Below are positions 1 to 9,556 of a DNA stretch of 64,000 nt, piece by piece. The translations under genes were made by a program, and so were the position numbers. This DNA is from an uncultured Chloroflexia bacterium (GTDB taxonomy: Bacteria > Chloroflexota > Limnocylindria > Limnocylindrales > CSP1-4): contig CAWCEC010000002.1 in assembly GCA_963794525.1 (NCBI GenBank), positions 25,364-89,363 on the forward strand, written 5' to 3'. The notes under the pieces were generated by a model. That model did not search any database. It was not told the origin of the DNA and was given only the letters and a program-made list of their open reading frames with translations. Position 1 is the first letter of the stretch, and the number at the start of each line of letters is the position of its first letter.

Positions 1-239
1 GTGTGGGTGCTTCCGCTGAACGCCGTGACGGCCGTGCCGGACACGGTCGCGCCATCCGCGACGAGGTCGACCTCCGTCGTGGCGGCGGCTCCGTCGAGCT
101 TGTACTGCACGGTGCCCCCGAGCGCCCCGCTCGGGCTCGGCGAGGCGGACGCGACTGGCGCCTGCGTGCCGGTGGCGCCGCCGCAGCCGACGACGAGGAC
201 TCCGATGACGAGGACACTGAGAATCGTTCGCATGTTCAT
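1..239 (-). CDS. secreted lipoprotein, 5' portion (runs off the left edge of the window)
   Basis: Reverse-strand ATG at 239-237 translates to MNMRTILSVLVIGVLVVGCGGATGTQAPVASASPSPSG: signal peptide ending in a lipobox (VVGC), then a Ser/Pro/Ala linker. Read by hand; not in the ORF track. Confidence 0.5.
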   Translation of the reverse strand, partial: MNMRTILSVLVIGVLVVGCGGATGTQAPVASASPSPSGALGGTVQYKLDGAAATTEVDLVADGATVSGTAVTAFSGSTH

Positions 240-425
240 CCCTCCTACTTGCTGACGATGTGGAAGGAATGGCCCCAGAAAGTTCCATCCTTGTTCTTGC
301 CGACGGTCTACACGACGGAGGTGCTGCTGTCGCCGACTGTCCCGAACCGTCGGGTGTCTCGCACGCTTTCACATTCCGGGCCGCCATCTCGTCTTGGGTG
401 CAGAGACGAGAAAGGAGGTCCAACC

Positions 426-1412
426 ATGCGGGTCTTTGTTGCAGGCGCAGGTGGCGCTGTTGGACGCCGGCTCGTTCCGATGCTGGTCGCTCGTGGCCAC
501 CAGGTGACGGGAACAACCTCGCGGCCGGAGTCGGCGGAGCAGATCCGACGACTCGGCGCGGAGCCGGTCGTGGTCGACGGCCTCGATGCCGTCGGTATCG
601 GCCAGGCCGTGGCCCGATCCGAGCCGGACGCGATCATCCACCAGATGACGGCCCTCTCGGGCACGCCCGACTTCAAGCACTTCGACCGCTGGTTCGCACA
701 GACGAACCGGCTGCGGACGGAGGGCACGGAGCACCTCCTGGCGGCCGCGAAGGCCAGCGAGGTCAAGCGGTTCGTCGCCCAGAGCTTCACCGGCTGGAGC
801 AACAGCCGCGAGGGCTCGTGGGTCAAGACGGAGGACGATTCGCTCGATCCGCACCCGGTCAAGGAGCAGACCGAGACGCTCGCAGCGATCAGGTTCCTCG
901 AGCGCGCCGTGCTCGAGGCGCCGCTCGAAGGGATCGTCGTCCGCTACGGCGGCCTGTACGGTCCGGGCTCGTCAGAGAAGCTCGTCGAGATCCTGAACCG
1001 GCGGATGTTCCCGGTGATCGGGAACGGCGCCGGCATGGTCTCGTCGACCCACATCGACGATGCTGCCGGTGGGACGCTCGCCGCCCTCGAGCGCGGCCGG
1101 CGAGGCATCTACAACATCGTCGACGACGAGCCCGCGCCTACCCGCGAATTCATCCCGGCCATCGCCGAGGCAGTCGGCGCGAAGCCGCCATTCCGAGTCC
1201 CGGCCTGGCTGGGCCGGCTGTTCGCGGGCGAGGTCGCGGTGACCATGATGACCGAGGGCCGCGGGTCATCGAACGCCAAGGCGAAGCGCGAGCTTGACTG
1301 GCAGCCGATCTGGCCGAGCTGGCGGGACGGCTTCCGGCACGGGCTCGACACGCCGGTTCCGCTGCCGCCGCGTGCACCAGACATCGAAGGTGAGGCAATC
1401 TCGGCAGCGTGA
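426..1412 (+). CDS. NAD(P)-binding epimerase/dehydratase-family oxidoreductase
   Basis: Internal ATG of ORF 3..1412. Starts MRVFVAGAGGAVGRRLV (Rossmann GxxGxxG). 328 aa. Stop overlaps the next start (GTGA). Confidence 0.8.
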   Translation: MRVFVAGAGGAVGRRLVPMLVARGHQVTGTTSRPESAEQIRRLGAEPVVVDGLDAVGIGQAVARSEPDAIIHQMTALSGTPDFKHFDRWFAQTNRLRTEGTEHLLAAAKASEVKRFVAQSFTGWSNSREGSWVKTEDDSLDPHPVKEQTETLAAIRFLERAVLEAPLEGIVVRYGGLYGPGSSEKLVEILNRRMFPVIGNGAGMVSSTHIDDAAGGTLAALERGRRGIYNIVDDEPAPTREFIPAIAEAVGAKPPFRVPAWLGRLFAGEVAVTMMTEGRGSSNAKAKRELDWQPIWPSWRDGFRHGLDTPVPLPPRAPDIEGEAISAA

Positions 1413-2350
1413 ACCGTGACGTCGAGGCGGGTGTTACCGAGGCCTACGTCGACCTTCGCCCGCTGCTGTTCTCGATCGCCTACCGGATGCTCGGGAGCGT
1501 CAGCGAGGCGGAGGACGTCGTGCAGGAGGCGTTCGTCCGCTACCAGGATGCGCTCAGCCACGAGACGGCCGTCGAGTCGCCGAAGGCATATCTCTCGGCG
1601 GTCGTCACCCGTCTGGCGATCGATCAGCTCAAGTCGGCCCGGGTCAGGCGCGAGACGTACGTCGGCGAGTGGCTGCCGGAGCCGCTCGTGACCGACGAGC
1701 GCGCTGGCGACCCGGCCGAGCACGCCGAACAGACCGACTCCCTGTCGATGTCGTTCCTCGTCCTGCTCGAGCGGTTGACCCCGGTCGAGCGAGCGGTATT
1801 CCTGCTCCACGACGTGTTCGACTACGACTTCGAGGAGGTCGGCCGGATCGTCCGCAAGTCCCCCGCCACATGCCGTCAGCATGCGGTGCGGGCGAGGCGC
1901 TTCATCGCCGAGAACCGTCCTCGATTCGACGCGGACCGGGTCGAGCGCGACGAGCTCATGCGTCGGTTTATCTCGGCGGCCGAGTCGGGCGACGTCGACG
2001 GCCTCATCGAGGTTCTCGCGGAAGACGCGATCGTGCACGGCGACGGCGGCGGCAAGGTCCCGCAGTGGTTTGCCCCGATCGTCGGGGCGGGTAACGTCGC
2101 CCGGCTGTTCGCGAGGCTGGGGAGCCAGCTCCGGCGATTGGGCTCGACGTTCGAGTCCCATGAGATCAACGGCCAGCCCGGCGCGATCTTCCGCGGCCCG
2201 CGCGGCGGCATCATGTCCGTCATGTCATTCGAGGTCGTTGACGGCCGGGTCGCGACGATCCGCTCCGTCGTCAACCCGGACAAGCTCGCGCATCTCGGCC
2301 CGGTCGAAAGCCTTCGCGAGGTCATGGACGCGGCGCGACCGCTCGACTAG
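1409..2350 (+). CDS. ECF-type sigma-70 family factor with C-terminal SnoaL-like extension (SigJ-like)
   Basis: ORF 1409..2350. Region 2 (LLFSIAYRMLGSVSEAEDVVQEAF) and region 4 (VFLLHDVFDYDFEEVGRIVRKSPATCRQHAVRARR), plus a ~120-aa extra C-terminal domain typical of SigJ/ECF41-type factors. Confidence 0.8.
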   Translation: MNRDVEAGVTEAYVDLRPLLFSIAYRMLGSVSEAEDVVQEAFVRYQDALSHETAVESPKAYLSAVVTRLAIDQLKSARVRRETYVGEWLPEPLVTDERAGDPAEHAEQTDSLSMSFLVLLERLTPVERAVFLLHDVFDYDFEEVGRIVRKSPATCRQHAVRARRFIAENRPRFDADRVERDELMRRFISAAESGDVDGLIEVLAEDAIVHGDGGGKVPQWFAPIVGAGNVARLFARLGSQLRRLGSTFESHEINGQPGAIFRGPRGGIMSVMSFEVVDGRVATIRSVVNPDKLAHLGPVESLREVMDAARPLD

Positions 2351-3195
2351 CCGTCGCGAACGGCGGATGTCGGTGCGAACGCGGGACCGTACCGAGTCAC
2401 CAGGTCCGAGTCGGGTTCGTAGCGATAGCATCGCGCGGACGACCCGCCGTCCACGCCGATCACCTGCCCGCTGATCGCGCTCGCCTCGGGAGCCATCAGG
2501 AACGCGATCAACTCGCCGACCTCGGCCGGCTCCGCCATCCGCCCGCTCGGCGCGAGATTCTCCGATTCCCAGCGCGTTCGCGCAGGATCGGGGCTGGTGG
2601 CGATAAACCCCTCGACGGCCTTGGTCCGGACGGCGCCCGGAGCGACCGCATTCGCCCGGATCCCCAACGGTCCGTACTCCACCGCCAGATAGCGGGTCAG
2701 GGCCTCGACCCCGCCCTTGCACATGTCGTACACGGCGCAGCCCGGAAACGCGAAGCGGCCGTGCACGGACGAGACGTTGACGATCGTCCCGGCGGTGCCG
2801 TGGGCGAGGAACGACTGGATCGCGAGCTGCGACCCGCGGAAGGTGGCCATCAGAGAGACGTCGACGATCCGGCGGACGACGTCGGGCTCCACGAGGTCGA
2901 TCCGCCGGCGCTGATTGATCCCGGCGTTGTTGACCCAGCCTGCGAGGCGTCCGAGTCCCTCCGCGGTCTGGCGAGCTTCCACGAGGACATCGTCGGATGC
3001 CACGTCACCGACGACGGTGGCCGCGCATGACCCGCCCGACGAGAGCTCCTCGAGTCCGTCTGCGTCGATATCCACGGCCACGACCTGCCAACCCGCGGCT
3101 GTGAGCGCCGTGGCGGTCGCCGCGCCGATGCCGGCTCCGCTAGCGGTGACAACCGCGACTCGCTGGCTCGACGTCCCGTCCATCTCTACTCCCAT
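2347..3195 (-). CDS. short-chain dehydrogenase/reductase (SDR)
   Basis: ORF 2347..3297 trimmed to ATG 3195, which has AGGAGGGGG 4 nt upstream. TASGAGIGAATA cofactor motif, NNAG, catalytic YDMCK (YxxxK). Confidence 0.85.
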   Translation of the reverse strand: MGVEMDGTSSQRVAVVTASGAGIGAATATALTAAGWQVVAVDIDADGLEELSSGGSCAATVVGDVASDDVLVEARQTAEGLGRLAGWVNNAGINQRRRIDLVEPDVVRRIVDVSLMATFRGSQLAIQSFLAHGTAGTIVNVSSVHGRFAFPGCAVYDMCKGGVEALTRYLAVEYGPLGIRANAVAPGAVRTKAVEGFIATSPDPARTRWESENLAPSGRMAEPAEVGELIAFLMAPEASAISGQVIGVDGGSSARCYRYEPDSDLVTRYGPAFAPTSAVRDG

Positions 3196-3217
3196 CCATC
3201 CCCCTCCTGGGTTCGCA

Positions 3218-4459
3218 CTAGTTGAACGCTGCAGCCACGCGCGACCACGCGGCGCGGCTTGCGAGGTTGAGGTGATACAGGCCCAGCCCGACCGCACCGG
3301 CGTTCGTCGCCGTCGTCATATGGGCGGCGAGGTCGCGGGCCGTGCGCACGTCCGGGGCCATCGGTCTGAGGATGACGTCCATCCGGCCATCACGCCCGAT
3401 GCGCGAGCGATAAGCCTCCAGCTCACTGGCCAGACGGGCGTCATCTGCGACATAGCCGAGAACGCCGACGATGGCGCCTCGGCGAGCCACGCTTGCGGCA
3501 TCGAGACCCGAGCGCCAGCCAAGCTCCGCGGCGACGGCGGCCGGATCCGGGCGACCCGTCGCGTACCCGAGGATCCCACCGGCCTGGTCGAGGATCGTGA
3601 CCCGCTGGATACCCTCCACCCTCGCTGCCTCCACGATCCGTGACACGAGCTCGCCGACGATGCCCTGGCGCGCGTCGAGGAACCGGCCCTGCTCGCCATC
3701 GGCAACGCGTTCGACCACATCCCGCGTGACCGCACCGATCGGGGCACCACCGCCAAGCTCGCGGCGCCCCAGCTCGATGATCCGCCGGCGGAGCGACGCC
3801 ACGTCGACCCCCGCCGAGCGCCCGGCCGCATCGCACCACTCGCAGAGGCAGATCCCCAGGATGAACCGCAGCCCCGCGGAGGTCTCCACGACGGACCGCT
3901 CGTGGTGGTAGCCATGGTCGAGCTCACCGAACCCGACCGCCTCGACGACGATCCCGGCGGCGCCCTGTCGGGCAACGGCCCGCACGAGCCGCTCCGCCAG
4001 GTCGACGACCTGTGGGTTTCCTGGACACAGGGCGTACTCGATCCGGTCGCCGAACGCGTTGCGCACGGTCGCCGTCCGATACCTGGCACCGACGCGGCTG
4101 TTGTGGGTCAGGACGATCCACGGGAACACGGCCAGGCCGTGTCGACCGGCCCGCTCGACGATCTGCTCCAGCGGGCGGCGCGCCGCGAGACGTGTGGGCG
4201 CCACGCGGATGCCGCCAATCTTCGGCGGCTCGACGGCGACATGACTGGCACCTCCGTCGTGAAACCGGACGACTCGCCGCGGATTGTTGGGCAGGATGTC
4301 GCGTCCGTGGTGATAGAGGACCGCCGGCGCGACGGCAGTGAACCCGTCCCTCGCCAGGCCTTCGAGCGTCGGCTCGATGCCCTCGTCGAACAGGTCGTCG
4401 ACGAAGGCGAACGCATAACGCTCGACCGGCCGGCGCGAAGGCCCGTCCGTCGAGCTCAC
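3218..4459 (-). CDS. hypothetical protein, possibly a TIM-barrel glycosidase-like fold
   Basis: 413-aa ORF, translationally coupled to the GntR gene (ATGA at 4456-4459). No family signature I can name. The alternating beta/alpha pattern and operon context suggest a sugar-acting enzyme. Confidence 0.55.
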   Translation of the reverse strand: MSSTDGPSRRPVERYAFAFVDDLFDEGIEPTLEGLARDGFTAVAPAVLYHHGRDILPNNPRRVVRFHDGGASHVAVEPPKIGGIRVAPTRLAARRPLEQIVERAGRHGLAVFPWIVLTHNSRVGARYRTATVRNAFGDRIEYALCPGNPQVVDLAERLVRAVARQGAAGIVVEAVGFGELDHGYHHERSVVETSAGLRFILGICLCEWCDAAGRSAGVDVASLRRRIIELGRRELGGGAPIGAVTRDVVERVADGEQGRFLDARQGIVGELVSRIVEAARVEGIQRVTILDQAGGILGYATGRPDPAAVAAELGWRSGLDAASVARRGAIVGVLGYVADDARLASELEAYRSRIGRDGRMDVILRPMAPDVRTARDLAAHMTTATNAGAVGLGLYHLNLASRAAWSRVAAAFN

Positions 4460-5199
4460 CGCCCGCGCCGGGCCGGACCTCCGCCACCCGGCGTTGCCCG
4501 GCGACGGACGAGGACATCGACCGCCTCATCGAAGTGCGCGAGCATCGCCTTCTGCGCGCCGCGCGCATCGCCCGCCACGACTCGGCGGCAGAGCTCCTCG
4601 TGAAGCTGCTGGACACGCTCGAACTGCGCCTTGCTCTGGCGCGCACGGAGGCCCTCGCGGATCGTCTCGTGGAGCGCACCGCGGAGCGACGAGACGAGGT
4701 GCCGGATCATCCGGTTATGACTCGCCGCGGCGACGGCGAGGTGGAACTCGACATCGAGCTCGGCGTAGGCGTCCGGGTCATCGATGACGCGCCGCATCCG
4801 CTCCGCGAGCTCGGCGAGCACGATCCCCTCCTCCTTGGTCCGGCGCGTGGCGGCCAGCCGAGCGCTCTCCAACTCGATCCCTCGCCGAACCTCGACGAGC
4901 TCGACGATCGAGTCGATGTCCATGCTCGCCGCGCGGTCGAAGAAGACGAGGAGCGGGTTCGCATCGATCGGCCGGACGACGGACCCCTTGCCCTTCACGA
5001 TCTCGATCAGACCAGTGCCGGCGAGCACGCGGAGGGCCTCGCGGATCACCGGCCGGCTGACACCGAACTGCTCGGCAAGCTGGCCCTCGGACGGCAGGAG
5101 GCCGCCCGGCTGGATGCCCTCGGTGACGATGTAGGCCGACAAGGCCTCGGCCGCCTGGTCCGCCAGCGACCGATACGTCAGCTTCTCGACCCGCGTCAT
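4456..5199 (-). CDS. GntR-family (FadR-subfamily) transcriptional regulator
   Basis: N-terminal wHTH LPSEGQLAEQFGVSRPVIREALRVLAGTGLIEIVKGKGSVV plus a helical FCD-like C-terminal domain. ATGA overlaps on both sides. Confidence 0.88.
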   Translation of the reverse strand: MTRVEKLTYRSLADQAAEALSAYIVTEGIQPGGLLPSEGQLAEQFGVSRPVIREALRVLAGTGLIEIVKGKGSVVRPIDANPLLVFFDRAASMDIDSIVELVEVRRGIELESARLAATRRTKEEGIVLAELAERMRRVIDDPDAYAELDVEFHLAVAAASHNRMIRHLVSSLRGALHETIREGLRARQSKAQFERVQQLHEELCRRVVAGDARGAQKAMLAHFDEAVDVLVRRRATPGGGGPARRGR

Positions 5200-6248
5200 G
5201 GCAGTCGTCCCGCGACGCCGGCCAGCGCCTCACCCCGGCCGTCGCGCGACAGCGCCCCGGCCGGGAACGCGATCAGGCCGCCCGCCGCCGCCCACGCCGC
5301 CCGTGCCACTTCCTGCCACTCCTCGGGCGGGACGGGGGGTCCCCAGTCCGCATCGAACGCCGGCCCGTCCGCTGAGTCGACCTGGACGACGGGCACGACC
5401 CGGCAGTCCGCGGCGGCGGCGATCGCCTCCGTCGTGTCGCGGACCCACGCGGGATCGCGATGGAGGATGGCGTGGTACGTCATCGGCGCAAGCAGGTCGA
5501 CGATCCGGCTTAGCGCCGCCACGTCCTGGCCGACAGCCTCGGCGAGCTCGGCGGGCGGCAGCGGGACCACGAACGCGCCGAGCATGACGTCGGGGCGGAT
5601 GGCGCGCACTCGGCGGGCGACCTCATCGACGAACGCCGTCACCACGGCACAACGGTACGCCGTCCACTCGTCGCGGGCATGCCGCAGGATCCAGGCAGCG
5701 GCGGACGCCGGCCCGTCCGCGTCAGGCGGGAGCGCCGCCCCGCGCCAGCGCTGGAAATCGTCGAGCGTGACCGGGTCGAACGAGCTCGCCGCCGGTCGGG
5801 GCGCGTCAGGCCGGAGCTCGAGCTCCCAGTGGAGCGGCCAGCGGACGAAGTCGAGCATGAGCCCGTCGACCTCGTGCTCGCGAACGATCGCCTCGGCGGC
5901 CCGGGCCCGCGACTCCCGGTGATCCGCGATCGTCGGCGTGACGCCGATGTACCACTCGATCCGGGGTCGCGGTCGCCCCGTCTCGTCGATCGGGTGGAGG
6001 TCGGGCCGGGTCTTGAGCAGCGCGTTTCCGTTCGCATGGTCCGAGAACGCCGAGAGGCCGGCGATGAAGCGCATCCCCGACTCCCGGACGCGCCGGATGG
6101 TGTCGGCGTCGTAGACATCTCCCTCGGTCACCACGGTGTCCACGCCCCACGAGCGCAGTTCTCGCAGGTCGGCGTCGGACATCTCCTTCACCGCTTCGGC
6201 GAACTGGAAGGCTCCGACGATCGACCGCGTCGATGGCGGCGACGTCAT
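5196..6248 (-). CDS. hypothetical protein, glycoside-hydrolase-like TIM barrel (GHL/DUF4015-like)
   Basis: 350-aa ORF. The segment VDGLMLDFVRWP and overall pattern resemble the uncharacterised GH-like family. Coupled to the flanking genes by 4-nt overlaps. Confidence 0.55.
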   Translation of the reverse strand: MTSPPSTRSIVGAFQFAEAVKEMSDADLRELRSWGVDTVVTEGDVYDADTIRRVRESGMRFIAGLSAFSDHANGNALLKTRPDLHPIDETGRPRPRIEWYIGVTPTIADHRESRARAAEAIVREHEVDGLMLDFVRWPLHWELELRPDAPRPAASSFDPVTLDDFQRWRGAALPPDADGPASAAAWILRHARDEWTAYRCAVVTAFVDEVARRVRAIRPDVMLGAFVVPLPPAELAEAVGQDVAALSRIVDLLAPMTYHAILHRDPAWVRDTTEAIAAAADCRVVPVVQVDSADGPAFDADWGPPVPPEEWQEVARAAWAAAGGLIAFPAGALSRDGRGEALAGVAGRLP

Positions 6249-7085
6249 TTGAGGCCTCCGAACGACAGGCCGCGCATGAACTGACGCTGGAGCAGGAGGT
6301 AGAGCAGGAGCACCGGCAGCGAGAAGGCGAGCGTCGCGGCGTAGATCGCGTTGTACGGCACCTGCACGTTCGTCTGGAGCAGCGAGACGCCGACGGCGAG
6401 CGTGTAGCTCGCTTGGTTCGATGTCGCGACGAGCGGCCAGAGCAGCGAGTCGAATTGGAGGAGGAACGTGAAGATCGCCAGCGTCAGGGCTGCGTTCCGC
6501 GTGAGCGGCAGCGCGATCGTCGCGAAGATGCGGAACTCGCCCGCGCCTTCGACCCGAGCCGCCTCGAAGTACTCGCGCGGGATCGTTCCCATGAACTGGC
6601 GCATCAGGAAGATGCCGAACGGAGACACGAGGAACGGGATCGCCAGCGCCGGCAGGGTGTTGGCGAGCTGCAGCGCGACGACGAGCTCGAAGAGCGGGAT
6701 GATCAGCACGATCTGCGGCACCATCAGCATCGCCATCACGAGGATGAACAGCAGGTTCCGCCCAGGGAATCGGAAACGGGCGAACGCGTAGCCGGCCATC
6801 GAGGCGAGCAGCACCTCCGCGACCGTCACCGCCCCACTCACCAGCAGCGAATTGATGAAGAACGTCTCAAGCGGGTAGAGATCGAACGCCCTCGCGAGGT
6901 TCTCGAAGAACTGGAACTCCGACGGGATCCAGGTCTCGATCAAGCGGCTTGCTGACCAGGCCGGCCGAGCCGCGCACCGCGTAGCTCACCCACCAGGCGA
7001 TCGGCAAGAGGAAGAGGACCGCGACGAGCGTCAGGGCCGTCAGGATCGCGATCCGCGTGACGCGGTCCGACGCGCCGGCTCTCAC
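6245..7085 (-). pseudogene. CUT1 sugar ABC transporter permease (MalG-like), frame-disrupted near 6947
   Basis: The N-terminus (ORF 6867..7085: RVTRIAILTALTLVAVLFLLPIAWWVSYA) and the rest (ORF 6245..6943, with the EAA loop YFEAARVEGAGEFRIFATIALP) are in different frames. The paralog at 16591-17440 aligns across the break. Confidence 0.8.
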
Positions 7086-8005
7086 AGCACCGCCTCCGTG
7101 GTGTCGGAGCGGAACAGCCGGAACTGGACGAGGCTGAGGACCGCGATGATCAGGAACATGACCATCGCGAGCGCCGAGGCGTAGCCCATCCGGAAGAATT
7201 CAAAGCCCGACTCGTACACGAGGATCGGGAGGATCTCGCTTGCGTCGCCGGGCCCGCCCTTCGTCGACGTGAACACGATCGCGAAGTTCTGGAATCCGTA
7301 CACGAGGCTGATGACCGCGGCGAACAGGAAGATCGGCCGCAACAACGGGATCACGATATGGCGCAGCGACTGCATGCGGCTTGCGCCATCGACTCGGGCG
7401 GCCTCGACCACATCGGTCGGGAGCGTCTCGAGGGCTGCCAGGAAGATCACGATGTAGATGCCCATCCCCTTCCAGGCCGAGAACAGGATCAAGCCGGGCA
7501 CGACCAGCTCCGGCGTTCGGTACCAGTTCGCGTCGGAGAGGCCGAACGGTAGCGGGAGGAGCTTGAGCACGCCGCCGAACGGATGGAAGACCGACACGAA
7601 CAGAACGCTGGCGATGACGGTCGACAGGACGACCGGCGCGAAGAAGATGGCCCGGAACAACGCCTGGAAACGGCCGATGGACCGCAGCGCAAGGGCGAGG
7701 AGGAAGGCCGACGGGATCACCACCACGGTCGTGCCGAGGACGTAGTAGAGCGTCACCAGCAGCGAGTTGTGGAACGCCGGGCTGGCAACGATCTCGAGGT
7801 AGTTGTTCGCTCCCACGAAGTCTGGCGAGCTGAGGAAGTCGTAGTCCGTGAAGCTCAACCAAACGGACCTGATCGTGGGGTACACCAGGAATACGCCCAC
7901 AACGACGAGGCTCGGCGCGAGGAACAGGTACGGCCAGATGACAGGCCGCCGGCCGGCCGCAGTGGAGCGGATCCGGGAGCGCATCTCTTGTGATCGGGCG
8001 GACAT
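7082..8005 (-). CDS. CUT1 sugar ABC transporter permease (MalF/UgpA-like)
   Basis: ORF 7082..8209 trimmed to ATG 8005 (MSARSQEMRSRIRS...). Six TM segments. EAA loop VVEAARVDGASRMQSLRHIVIPLL. Confidence 0.88.
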   Translation of the reverse strand: MSARSQEMRSRIRSTAAGRRPVIWPYLFLAPSLVVVGVFLVYPTIRSVWLSFTDYDFLSSPDFVGANNYLEIVASPAFHNSLLVTLYYVLGTTVVVIPSAFLLALALRSIGRFQALFRAIFFAPVVLSTVIASVLFVSVFHPFGGVLKLLPLPFGLSDANWYRTPELVVPGLILFSAWKGMGIYIVIFLAALETLPTDVVEAARVDGASRMQSLRHIVIPLLRPIFLFAAVISLVYGFQNFAIVFTSTKGGPGDASEILPILVYESGFEFFRMGYASALAMVMFLIIAVLSLVQFRLFRSDTTEAVL

Positions 8006-8097
8006 CAGGAGACCGCGATCGTAGGCGACGCGGGCCACCGGGATGGGGGCATTCCCGGTGACCCGCGGTGGAGGAGCCCGGTCTCGGTCGGCGGCGC

Positions 8098-9442
8098 CTA
8101 CCGAGCCAGGATCGCGTTGATCTCCTGTTCGGCCGAGGCCAACCCGGCGGCGATGTCCGTCGACTGGTCGGTCTCGAGCGCCTTGAACAGGTCGGTGACC
8201 GGCGCCCACACCTCGTTGAACTTCACGCTAGGTCGGATCGGTCGCGAGTTCGCGAGCGATTCCATGATCTCGGTGTAGTCGTCGAGCACATCGGGCTCGA
8301 CGCTGTCACGCCAGCCGGTGCGCGGGTTGATCAGGCCGGCCTCCGCCAGCTCGGTCGCACCCTGCTGCGACAGGTAGTCGAGGAGCATATGTCCGGCGCG
8401 GTTCTGGTCCGCCGTGTTCTTCGCGTTCAGGGTCCAGTTCCACGCGTAGCTCACGGATTGCTTGTCCGATCCATCGAACGTCGGAAGCAATGCGATATCG
8501 AATTGCTCGCCGTTCTTGTATCCGGCCGGCGCAAGGATCGAGTTCGCCCAGACCAGCATGAAGCCCATCGCGACCTTGCCCTGGCCGAACTCCTCCGTGT
8601 AGAAGGTCGAGGTGAACGAGGGCGAGGTCGCCCCGTACTTCCAGATCGCATCCCGCCACAACTCGAAGACCTGGGTCGCCTCGGGTCGGTTGATCGCCGC
8701 GGCCGACCCGTCCTCGTTGAGGACGTCGACCCCAGCCTGATTGAACAGCGTCGTGCCTTGCAGCTGGTAGTAGACGTCGATGTTGTGGACGAACGCGAAG
8801 CCGGATGTGCTCAGGTTCGGACCTTCCTTGACCGACATCGACTGCGCCGCGGTCATCAGGTCCGCCCAGGTCTCGAAGGACGCGTGGGTCGACGCCCTTG
8901 TCGCCCGTCAGGCCGGTGCTGTAGCCCACGACCGGTGCCTCCCAGTCATAGGGCAGGCCGTAGACGGTCCCATCCGCGGTGACGAGCCCGAGCGAATTCG
9001 GCTCGTAGGCGGCAGTCAGTGCAGCGACGTCGGCGAGTCCCAGCAGCGTCGGGTCGATGGGCGCCAGCGCGCTGTTCTCGGTGAACTGGGCGAAGGTGTA
9101 GTCGTCTGACTCGAAGACGTTCGGTGCCTGACCGGCAGCGAGCGCCGTGAGGATCTTCTGGTTGTATTCCTCGAACGGCACCAGTTCGAAATTCACCGTG
9201 ATATTCGGGTTCTCCGCCTGGAACGCCTCGATCTGCTTCTTCGTGAAGTCATTGAGCGGCGGGTACGAGTGCTGCCACATCGTGAGCGCCACGTCGCCCA
9301 GCGGCGCCGCGCTCGCATCGGGCGCCGTCGTTCCGCTGACACTCGGCGCCGGGCTCCCAGAAGGTGCTGCGCCGCTGGCGCACCCCATGAGGGCTACAGA
9401 AACGATGACGACGAACCACGTTCGCGCGGCCTTCGAGCGCAT
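8098..9442 (-). pseudogene. CUT1 sugar ABC transporter substrate-binding lipoprotein, frame-disrupted at 8886-8888
   Basis: ORF 8306..9442 gives the lipoprotein signal (VALMGCASG) and the N-lobe. ORF 8098..8856 gives the C-lobe. Removing one G from GGG 8886-8888 restores GVDHASFETWADLMTAAQ, which is colinear with the paralog. Confidence 0.82.
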
Positions 9443-9556
9443 CGCTGCCTCCTCCTTGTGCCGCCCACCGGAGCGCCACGATCACATCTCGCCACGGTAG
9501 GCGCCACATGTCATGATGTCAACGTGTCTTACACGACGTCTGCTCGAGGCCTCGGC

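Noticed and set aside
1109-2161. Large antisense 'shadow' ORFs opposite recognised genes: 1109..2161 -, 16853..18325 -, 33715..34968 +, 40136..41332 -, 43523..45346 -, 51386..53260 +, 56677..58434 +, 62507..63691 +, 27120..28277 -.
   Set aside because: This is typical of ~70% GC DNA. They are Arg/Pro/Gly/Asp-rich with no domain signatures, and each lies opposite a gene with clear family motifs. Only the last 42 codons of 40136..41332 were retained as a possible small gene.
8880-8890. Frameshifts at homologous positions (next to the GVD motif) in both binding-protein paralogs (8886-8888 and 14849-14850) as programmed ribosomal frameshifting.
   Set aside because: There is no slippery heptamer or downstream stimulatory structure. 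The two sites are not exactly homologous (after vs before GVD). The same kind of one-base homopolymer excess occurs in many unrelated genes.
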